Shown here one piece after another: positions 53,898-64,000 of a stretch of 64,000 nt of DNA. The notes beneath the pieces were generated by a model. That model saw only the letters and a list, made by a program, of their open reading frames with translations, did no database searches and was not told where the DNA came from. This DNA comes from Octopus vulgaris. Its lineage: Eukaryota. Each line of letters starts with the position of its first letter. The first letter of the stretch is position 1. The DNA is taken from NCBI GenBank assembly GCA_951406725.2, contig OX597821.1:28334001-28398000 (forward strand), written 5' to 3'. The position numbers and the translations under genes are program-made.

Positions 53898-56059
53898 AGT
53901 GAGAGTCAGAATGGAGGACAAGAATTTGATATTTTCTTCTAGATTGTAAGATTACGTTATATTCTTTAAATAGATGGGCAATAGAGTTCTAGCTACAAAA
54001 CCATTAAAAGATAATGAGAGAGGTTGAAAGGATATATAATGATATATAATTTGAAAGGATATATAATTTGATATGTGATTCCAACTCATTAGAAGATAAT
54101 GTTATTTCGATCTTTTCTTCATCTTTAAATATTAGGACTACAGCGGCCCAACCCCACAAAAATCCTTAATGAATAATATTAATTAAACAGCAGTGAGACT
54201 TCATAAATAAAACGGTCATACCTCCATATATGTACCAAGTTAAAGGGGCATCTAATAGTGAAAAGTTAAACTAAAATGAAACTGGAACCGAAAACCCACC
54301 TACATATATTCAGTTGCGACTATATATCATCACATACGTCACACATACATATACACATATATTCGCCTGTATGTATGTAATATGTCTATATACGCACGAG
54401 CACATGCACACACACACACATTGTATATATATATATATGAGTGTGTGTGTATGTATGTCTGTGTGTGTGCGTGTATATATATACCCATGAATATACACAG
54501 AAATACACATATTATGCCCACAAATATATACACATCCAAACATACATATACACACACACACCTACTAGCGCAAACATACATATCAACACACACATTATAA
54601 CTACTTATAAATAAAGTTTTGAATAATATCTATATACACATGACAATTTAAAAATACGCTTATTAATATTAGATGTTAAAAACAGCGCCTACGACTTAAA
54701 AACAAATTCATCAACACGTTTAAACCATTACTCAACTATTTTGCTGTATTGATACAAGTGCATCGCCAATGCCAAAACAGCAATCACCTATGTCTACAGC
54801 AAATAGGAATATGCATACATACATACATACATACATATATACATACATACATACATACATACATACACACATACAGGTAGACACATACACACATATATAT
54901 GTACACACCTACACCCATATATACATATATATACATAAGTATATACATATATGCACGTGCATACATAGCAGTGCATGCAGTACCTAAATGCGTATACTTA
55001 CGCACAGACAACACTTCAAATATATTTACAATCCATCCATATTCATGACACAATTACATTAGCATAAGGGATTCATAAAACGAGAGGAAAAATCAAAGAA
55101 AATAAATAAATCGAATGATCATTGATCCTCCATATCAGACAAATATTGAGTTTAAATAAAGACGTCATTAATAATTTTTTGATTTATAAAAAAGTGCAAA
55201 AGAATACAGACAATAAAGTGTTAAAGTACAAAAAATATATGTAACAAATAAAAAGTTATTAAAAATTGTCAAGGTAAAAGAAAACAAAGAAAATATAAAT
55301 ATATATAACAACCAAAAAACATAAACCAAATTGTAATTATTAAAAAGAATTATAATTATAAGACACAAAGCAAAAGTCAAGAAAAAAATGAAGACCAACA
55401 ACAGTCTGAGATGCCTATATTAGATAGATTACAAGCATGGTAAGAGTATTAAGACTGTTATAAGAATTTGAAGTGTTTAATAAATATCAAAGAATATTTT
55501 AAAAATATAATGCGTAAAAATATTGCATAAAAGATTAAGATATAAATAATATATTATATTACAAATAATAAGTAATAAATTACAAATTTAAAATGTAAGT
55601 ATCAATATTAATAATTAATATTAGTAATAAATATATCAGGTCAATTCACTATTATAAGTTGACAAAAGCTTAAATTTAAAAAAAAATATTGTAGAATATA
55701 TACCGAGAAAGAATATAGTGACGGAGGCGGAAAATGAAATATAATACAGTAATATAATATAATAGAATAGAATAGAATAGAAATTTAGAGTTTATAAACT
55801 AATACATGAAATTGATAAAATAAATGTATGACGAAAACATCAATTGATCAATCCGATTTTCAAATACGTAATAACCGTAATAAACTCTTCCAGATATTAG
55901 AAAAGAATTCCATCCCACCCCATCCATCGCATAGATATAGCCGTATATTTTCTAGTAGGAAAATTAGGGTTTCGTACTCTCTCCTCCAAAATATGGGTAT
56001 GATAATGGCAGGTCTCAATAAAACAAATATTGCCTTAGCCCGTAACAATAAAATAGCAA

Positions 56060-56300
56060 TGGCACCTTGGGCAAGTCGCTTCTTCTACAGCCTTGTGAGT
56101 GGAGTTGGTAGACAGAAACTGATAGAAGCCGATGTTGGTTTGTTTACGTCCCCGTAACTTACCAGTTTGGCAAAATAGGCCGATGGAATAAGTACTATGC
56201 TTACAAATAATTAGTCCTGGGGTCGATTTGTTCGACTAAAGGCGGCGTTCCAGCACGGTCGCAGTCAAATGACAGAAAGAAGTAGATGAATAAAAGAATA
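56060..56300 (+). mobile_element. Partial SINE family A inside the PLE
   Basis: ggcaccttgggcaagt...gcagtcaaatgacagaa. Confidence 0.85.
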
Positions 56301-57903
56301 GAGATATCTATTAATAACAAGAGTTACACAAATTCGAAGTATCCCCTTTAATGATAGCAGTAATAATTCTACCTATAATTATAGCGTTTATGGTATTAGC
56401 GTTGGAAATGGGATTGGAAATAATACTAGTATACCAGTAGCAATAGTGGTGGTGAACAACTTGGAACTGTAAATAAAAAGAGCATTGGAATATCATGCTC
56501 GAATACACATACCGACAGGTGTCCTGACCTAATTGTGGCTGAATCCTGGGTCTTGCCTTCTTGCCACCAGAATTTGTACTGCCAACTATTACAATACATT
56601 GTAGGCATTTCCAACGTACTTAACGATACTGATAAGCAAGCTACACATTTAGTCGTTCCTAACAAACTGTGTAGGGATTATAATTATGTTAGTTATCCTG
56701 GTTATAAAATTCCTAGTAGGGTAAATCATAACCAAAAAGTACCCATTTACCTATATACGTTTCTCTTGCAATCCCAAGGTGGGCCTGCGCAAGCATGTTT
56801 CCTCACCTAAACTCAGGCATAACGCCAATAATCTCGCACTATCTCCAAAAATTTGGGAACTTCAGTATAATGATGTTAAATTTTATATCATATGGAACAT
56901 CATTCATAGAGCCCAACTATATTATAACAATATATATTGATGTAGGCTATTCTGAACGGTGCTATATGAGATATTAAAGAACAGGGAAAATTAGAACTTA
57001 CTTCATAATAGATTGGAACTTCAATTATCGTGTTTGTAAAAGGTTCTTCGTGCATTTAAATACTGTAAGCGTATTACATAATCCTCTGGTCCCTATGGGA
57101 CCATACTGCTCTACTGCACCTCCAATTCTTGTCCTTCATTCATAATTATTAGTGTTATTAATGTGTTTATTAATGAGTTTACAATACAATGTTTTACCTC
57201 ACCTGGTTTCTCCCCATACTTTCAATTACATATACCTCTATTTGATTGCTGTAATACACCTGTTATATTCCCACTTACCCGTACTGAATGGTACTAATTT
57301 TATTCTGGGCAGTTGATCACATGAAGGTTTTAATTCTATTTTTGTTCTATTGATTTCACAGCTTAGTTTATAAACTCTAAATCCTTATTAAAGCCTATTA
57401 TATTGTATATTATATTATCCTATTATATTATATTTTCCGCCATTCTCACAAAATTCTTTCTCGGTATATATTCTACAATTTTTAAATATTAACTTTTATA
57501 AACTTATAATACTGATTTGATCTGATTTATTTAATAATAATATCGATTATTAATACTGATATTTACATTTTAAATTCATTATTGGCAATTTATTATTGAT
57601 AATATATTATATATTACGTATTTATATCCTAAATCTCGTATGTAATATTTATAACAATTATATTTCTTTAATATTCTTTGATATCTATTATACAATTTAA
57701 ATTCTTACAACATTCTTAATGCACTTATGTATTTCGTAATCTTATTAGTAATAAGGTTTTTTATTCAATTGGGTGTGGGGGACGGAATAAACGACCTGCA
57801 TCAACTTCCTATAAAAACAGGTAGTAATTCTACCATATACTTGTTCTTAGTGCAAGTTTTGAAGAGTGCAGTTTGATTTTAAGCGTTATTTTTCAAAGCT
57901 ATA

Positions 57904-58047
57904 ATGGAAATGACAAAGGAGCATATTCGGCATATTTTGCTTTATGAGTTCAATAAAGACAACAGCGCAACGGAAAGTGCGAGGAATATTAATGCAGTAT
58001 ATGAGGATCGGACAATAAGCGTAAGCCATTGTCAACGGTTGTTCAAG
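57904..58047 (+). pseudogene. Mariner transposase N-terminal (HTH) fragment
   Basis: MEMTKEHIRHILLYEFNKDNSATESARNINAVYEDRTISVSHCQRLFK, then truncated. Confidence 0.85.
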
Positions 58048-58131
58048 AATATTTAATTTTCTCATACATATATACTATACTGTAGTTGATCTTCATTATT
58101 TTTCTTGATTTTTGCTATCTATATGTCTTAT

Positions 58132-58350
58132 CTGAGACCCCCTTCGGTTACGACACAGACAATGGGATTGCACCTAGAAAGTTATCCTCCCACGCACAAG
58201 TCCGCGCAAGGTTGTTTTATGGAAGACCTGCTGTCGCCCATGCATAAAAGCTTCCCCTCTCCACGCCGCCAGTGTTATCCAACAGAAAGGCAAAGGCCGA
58301 TATAGCGTGGCACCTGTGACGTCGCAACTCATTTCTACAGCTGAATCAAC
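58132..58350. mobile_element. Fragment of a further GC-richer interspersed repeat (SINE-like)
   Basis: Sharp GC island absent from the paralogous arm; resembles repeats I recall from octopus DNA. Single copy in this window. Confidence 0.5.
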
Positions 58351-59554
58351 TCGTTTTAATAATTGTAACTTTCTTCATGTGTTTTATGGTTGTTCCATAT
58401 TTTAAAAATATTTTATATTATTTTACATTGATAATATTTAATCAACATCTATATATCTTGTACTCCGACTCTTTATCGTGTGTATATATATTTGTGTGCA
58501 ATATAATTGTATTTACGTGTATATGTATCGGTATATGCATACACACACGCATATATATGTATGTGTATGTGCATATGTATGAATATATACTCTGTGTGTG
58601 CGCCTATGTTCATACAGGCGATTATATGTATGTGTAATACGTGTGATGATATATTGTTACGAATGAACGTATGTAAGGGGTTTTTTTTTTCATTTCCGAT
58701 TTCATTTTACTTTCATTTTATTTTTATTTGTTCGTATTAAATATCCCTTTAGTTTTAAATAACCCTTCGGTACACATACGGAGGGATGAGTGTTTTATTT
58801 ACGATGTCTACCTGTTGTTTCATTTATATCATCCCTGATTGTTTTTTCACCCGAGACTCTGTAGTCCTGACATTTAAAGACTGATAATAACAAAAATTAA
58901 CATTATCTTCTATGAGCTGGAAAAAGATATCAAATTACCATCCCATAGTCTGAATACTGCCGCTAACTATATATATCTCAAATATCCTTTAATCTTATCT
59001 AAAAATTCTATGAATGTTCTTATAGCTTGAACTCTATTGCCCAGCTATTTAAAGAATAAAATTAAATGCAAATAACCGAATCTTAGATGCTAGAATAAAA
59101 TTACCAATTCTCATCCCCCATTTTGAATCTTTCTTCTCACTATATAACATACCAATTACCTTCCTCATTATCTCTTTAAATTTTAGCGTTTGAACTTCGT
59201 CGTCCAATGATCTAATGATTACGAATAGGAGAAAATACCCTTATATTTTGTAGTTAGAGCAGAGTATCTGATTTGCATTCCCTATCCTATTTATTTTTTA
59301 CTCCTACTACAACCCCTTCCTTACATCTCTCCCCGCTTCTGTCATCCTAATGTTTTTCCTGTGTAAATTACAAATTTTCCTGTATAAATTACAAATTTGA
59401 GTAAGCGAATCATTCATTGGCTGAAGTCAGTCAGGAATCATATGGTGGCACATAATGTTCATTCTTGGAAGAAAACGGGGGTTTTTTTGGCATGATGTAA
59501 TAACTGTATTCATCAATAAAATCTCATTTGAAACAGCTGTAGTGAATGAACCAT

Positions 59555-59915
59555 TTTGTGTGGTAAGAATCTTCCTTTCCAACCACATAGTTCCAGGTTC
59601 ACTACCACCGCGTGACATCTTGGGCAAATGTCTTCTACTATTGCCTAGAGCAACCCAAATCCTTGTGAGTGGATTTGGTAAGCGGAAACTGAAAGAGCCC
59701 GTAATGTATATATATGTATATTTTTATGCCTGTGTTTCAAACTATCGATTGACAACCGATGCTGATGTGTTTGCGTCCTAGGAACTTAACATTTCTGCAA
59801 AAGCGACCGATAGAATAAGTACTAGGCTTACAAAGAATAAGTTCTGGGATCGGTTTATTCGACTAGAGACGGTGCTCCAGCATGACCGCAGTCAAATGAC
59901 TGGAACAAGTAGAAG
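59555..59915 (+). mobile_element. SINE family A
   Basis: tgtgtggtaag...gtgacatcttgggcaaatgtcttctac...gcagtcaaatgactggaacaagta. Confidence 0.88.
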
Positions 59916-59989
59916 AGCTAAAAATCATATTAGAAATATAAAATATATGTAGTTTGGATAATAGTAGAATTAGTAAAGATTTTACAATG

Positions 59990-61400
59990 TTTCGCTGCAT
60001 TCGGATGCAAATGAGTACTTCGACATATAAAATGATTCAATTTGATGTGTTAATATGTTCTGTTGAAAGTAACTTAGATATGTGCAGGCGCTCTCTGTTA
60101 ACTCCAAAATGCTAACTCCAAAAATGCTGTGTGTATATTTATGAGCAAAAGTTTGTCTAATTATTTTCATCGCGTTTTCTTTTCCATTTCAAGTGTACTT
60201 CTGGTAGGTAATACTTTTGTCTTCAATCCTCTACATTGGTCATCTCTGTATCCAGAGATATATCGTTGGATAACTACTCCGTTTTCTCTTTTAAAGATGA
60301 ATTATGAAATGCTGAAATCGATGCCTTGATTAAGATGTAATTTCCCTTCGGTTGGTGACGGTATCTGCGATGTTCGTTTCGTGTTTCGATGTACTTTCTT
60401 TGAGCACCTATCAGATATTTTCCATACAATATATTCCATGTGTCCCAGAATCTCTTGTACCAATGAATTCAGTGCGTTGTGAACATATTACCATGGTAAG
60501 TTGTTCTCATGTGACGGACACAACATCTATTGGCATATTTTCCCTTGAATCTGCCAGAATTAAGAAAGAAATATACAAACTATCGTTTCGATTTTCAGTC
60601 TGTGAATTGCATATAACGATTTACTATCTTTAATGTCGATAGTTTCTTGTGCTGGCATAAGCATAATTTCTTTCCCATCTTTTCCAATGGTTAGTGACCA
60701 AGCCTGAGCTACCAGTGACAAAAGAGTTAACTATATCTTTTCTCTATACACAGTAACAATATATTTTTGCGTCATTTTAGTAAATTTTGGTCCGAAGAAT
60801 CTAATGCTGTTAATCATCTTCCAGTCTTAGTCTCTAGTCCTGCCGATCTCAACAACCGCTGCGCTATTCATTTTTCCTGTCCTGTTGGCACAGTTTACCA
60901 ATTATTGGCTATGAAGAATTTAGCTATTGCATCACTGTATCTTAAACTTACGCAGCACCATTTCATCTTAGTTCTTATCATATCTCTCAAAATAATCGGT
61001 AGTGTGTCCTCTTTTCGTTTCACAAACGTCTGTAAGTTTCGTTTTTGCTTTGTATTTGCTGTCTGAAAATAGGAAAACACTTTTTTATTCTGTTCAGGTT
61101 TTCTAGTTATCTTTATTAGTTTTTCATTATATTTTACTAGATATTTTTGCAGTCGGACTGAATATTTTATAAAATAACCTTCCTGTTACATAAGCTATAT
61201 CTTTTTTGGTATCGTTGCAAATATAATCTATGTCACGATTCCAATACTGTTTCTCAATTCAATAAATATATTTCTTATATCTTCTGCTTTATTCTTCCTA
61301 ATTGACTTAGCATCTAGTTCAGGATATTATCGTTAAGATATATTAAGGGAAAGCTACAGTATCGATGCAAACATTCTTTTTTATACTGTTTCTAGCTCTA
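59990..61400 (-). mobile_element. Very old LINE (RTE-like) RT remnant
   Basis: Faint ordered resemblances on the minus strand to the 'D.KD..NYR.I', 'GV.QGD' and 'LY.DD' regions; many stops. Confidence 0.35.
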
Positions 61401-61585
61401 GCTGTTTGAAATATTATTCAAATTGAATCAATAACATTTCTTCCTAACATATTTCGTGTGAGAGTCTTTGTGCTAGTTTGGCGCTCTATCTGGTTCATTG
61501 ACCGCTAAATATTTGTAAGTCCGTATTTGGTGTAATTCACTTATTTCTTTCCGTTTATCTTGTTTGATATAAGCTTTCATAAAAC

Positions 61586-61791
61586 TAGGAGGTGCTGAAA
61601 AGTTCCAGTCTTTGGGTAATCGAAAATACAGGAAGATCAGTCAATTATGATTTTATTCAACATATTCCCCTCTCAGATTCACATACATATTGCAGCGGTC
61701 CTTCAGTTTTTCTAAACACTGAAAAAGTATTCGGAACGTTTGGTCTCTCGCCATACACTTAAAGCTGAGAAATTTTCAGTACCCCCTCGTA
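61586..61791. mobile_element. Mariner-derived MITE
   Basis: Imperfect TIRs taggaggtgctgaaaagttcc / aattttcagtaccccctcgta with TA ends. Confidence 0.7.
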
Positions 61792-62564
61792 CACGTTCCT
61801 TTGTAAGTTTATGTCGTTATAGTTTTATTATCAGAATACCAGAACATTTTGTTTAACACACTTATGTACTCTCTTCCGATTTTTTCTAGTAGCCTGTCAC
61901 CAGTTAGATCTGGAATTAAATGTTGGGCAGGAGACACAGACTGGAGAGAGAATGTTATCTTGGGATATATTTTCTCCAACACGGATGGTTTTAGCTTGCA
62001 CAATTCCCTCTTCATATAAGTATAATTACCTATCATTTACTTATGACGTCTTTAACTTATTCTGTTACCATCAACGCTAAATGAATAGTAACTAATTTAT
62101 TTTAAATACGCGTGTGAAATGAGCTTATAATCCGGTGTGCCCATCGTGTTTTCCTTCTAAACGCTTCGGCTACATTTAACGGGGTCGGTAAATGATGCTT
62201 ACATTTTTATTAGCTTTGCCTACACTCCTCCCACTGCAGAAAGGTAAAGTATTTGTTTATATTTATTTTGCGTTATGGGGCAATTTTTATCATATAGTTA
62301 TATTTATTATTATGAACGCTTTTAAGACTTTGTACGAATACAGTTGTGGAGTTGGCCGTTTCTTTAATTTAAAAGTTTAAGATGGTTTTAATCACAATGA
62401 ACTACTCAAGTGTGGCCAACTTCTCTATTTTTATATATTTATATATATATATATTTATTTTTACTTTTGCTAAATATCTACCATCACACGTTTTTCTATA
62501 TAAACATAATATTTTAAGACGTTTGGAACGTTAAGATATTCTGGAATCTTCATACTGTAACGTC

Positions 62565-62770
62565 ATAGAATCGTTTGCACGTTGGGCAAAATGCATAACG
62601 GCATTGCGTCTATCTTTACGTTCTGTGTTCGTTCCGCCGAGACCGACTTTGTCTTTCATCCTTTCGGAATCGATAAAATAACTACCAGTTGAGTTGTGCA
62701 TTGGGGTCGATGTAATCGATTTACCCCCTCCCCTGCAATTGCTAGCTTCGTGTCAAAATTTGAAATCAAT
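62565..62770 (+). mobile_element. SINE family B
   Basis: tagaatcgtt...gactttgtctttcatcctttcggaatcgataaaataactaccag...aaaatttgaaatca. Confidence 0.8.
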
Positions 62771-63329
62771 ATGTTTATTGTTTATAAAATGTTATCACGC
62801 AGGATTCCTTTTTCTGTCAACACTCCTCACTATGAAACCTACTAATATCTTGCATCCGGTGCTGTATTTGGTTATTATTTCACTTTTAGCTTGCTTTTGA
62901 GGAGATCGTTTTGAGTCAGATTTGAACTGTTCGTAATCTCTTTCAAAGCATCCCCCGTTAGAGACGTTCTTTTTTGTTTGTTTTCGAGTACGTTTTTAAT
63001 TTTGTGTATTTCTTCTTTTCACCTTTTTATATAACGCGCATCTCCTACTTTATAAGATTGATGGTCCGTTCCGTTATGGATTTCGTTCAGGCTTAAGATA
63101 TACTTACTAATCTTTTCTTGTTTTCTTCTGTATATCTTATATTTCATATTGGATGCAAGAAGTTAGAGGTAAATGTCTGCATAACTACAATTGTTATTCG
63201 CAATATTACTTTGTTTAAGTTGATAAAACACTTGTTTGTATCAGTTTTGTTTGCCATCGTCAGGTTTAGATCTTGCATTGACTATTTTAGGTTTAAGGTA
63301 TATGTATGGTACATGTATTTCCTCAGAGT

Positions 63330-63585
63330 GGAGGCTCAATGGCCCAGTGTTTAAGGCAGCAGAGTCGATTACCAGACCGGGAGTTGTGAGTGTTTATTGA
63401 GCAAAAAAAATCTGCTCAATAAAGATCCACGAGATTCTAGCGGGGGCTGGTGGCGAAACCTGCTGTGCTCTTTCACCACTACTTTCTCTCACTCTTTGTT
63501 TCTTTTGTACCTGTATTTCAAAGGGCCAGCTTTGCCACACTCTGTAGTTCCTCGAGAACTACTTTAAGAAGAACACGTATCTGTT
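63330..63585 (+). mobile_element. Degraded tRNA-headed SINE of another family
   Basis: A-box-like TGGCCCAGTGTTTAAG at the 5' end and a GC-richer body. Single copy in this window. Confidence 0.5.
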
Positions 63586-64000
63586 CCGTGATTGCTTCAT
63601 AGCGTTAGTAATTATTTTCAGGTGCATAATATATATTCTGTTCTGTTCGATTTGTTGACAGATATTTTGTATGGTGTTATTATTTCTTTTTCTTTGTTAC
63701 TTTTCCTGATTAGAGCTCCCGATATCTCTATATCTGTACATGTATATGCATGTATGCACATACATATACATGTGTAGATATATACGAATGTGTGCGTGAG
63801 TGTGCATCTACGTGCATGTGTGTGTGTGTGTGTGTATACTTGTACACCTGTAAACTTGTATCTAAGTGTGTGAACTTTACATAACGAGAGTAAAGAAAGC
63901 ATGTCGATTTTACCCACGTCTTTCATATCTCCTGCTAGAATTATCAGCAAAATATCGATCACGTAACATTGTATCACTGCATATGACTGGCGAATTACAT

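Larger units (their letters stand above)
52717..57105 (+). mobile_element. Heavily decayed Penelope-like element (RT remnants, linker, GIY-YIG), interrupted by a Helitron, microsatellites and a SINE
   Basis: ORF 55828 contains NSIPPHPSHRYSRIFSSRKIRVSYSLLQNMGMIMAGLNK. At ~56833-57070 one frame reads LSPKIWELQYNDVKFYIIWNIIHRAQLY..CRL..NLLHNRLELQLSC, matching the PLE endonuclease C-terminus. The RT assignment of the upstream part is weaker. Confidence 0.7.
57150..59550 (-). mobile_element. Inverted, diverged second copy of the 52.7-55.8 kb PLE remnant
   Basis: Collinear reverse-complement blocks: 52717-53150 with 59140-59550, 53898-54400 with 58590-59140, and 55430-55810 with 57340-57740. Confidence 0.8.

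Overview
AT-rich, microsatellite-dense eukaryotic DNA made almost entirely of transposable-element debris. No intact host protein-coding gene, tRNA or rRNA gene could be supported. The SINE families and repeat landscape resemble what I recall of Octopus genomes (inference, not checked). Contents: (1) a cluster of RLE-type non-LTR retrotransposons (R4/Dong-like) sitting in (TAA)n tracts at 25.2-31.1 kb, including a 3.2-kb copy with RT, CCHC finger and PD-(D/E)xK nuclease but several lesions, plus two older copies; (2) decayed Penelope-like (GIY-YIG) elements, including an old tail-to-tail pair at 52.7-59.55 kb; (3) three non-autonomous Helitrons, mariner fragments, and two copies of a MITE with 8-bp TSDs carrying TTAGGG repeats; (4) many tRNA-derived SINEs. 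The most notable signal is non-coding: three unrelated short, ORF-less repeat families next to (TA)n/(CA)n tracts carry type I hammerhead ribozyme motifs with palindromic helix III. These are an intact canonical core at 35071-35169 (+), a near-canonical one at 39862-39927 (-), and a minimal CUGU-core variant at 162-199, 447-484 and 18748-18783. Several are associated with inverted termini, consistent with retrozyme or Penelope pLTR-like elements. All alignments and folds were done by eye; no cleavage activity is demonstrated. Almost all ORFs in the supplied track are microsatellite read-throughs.
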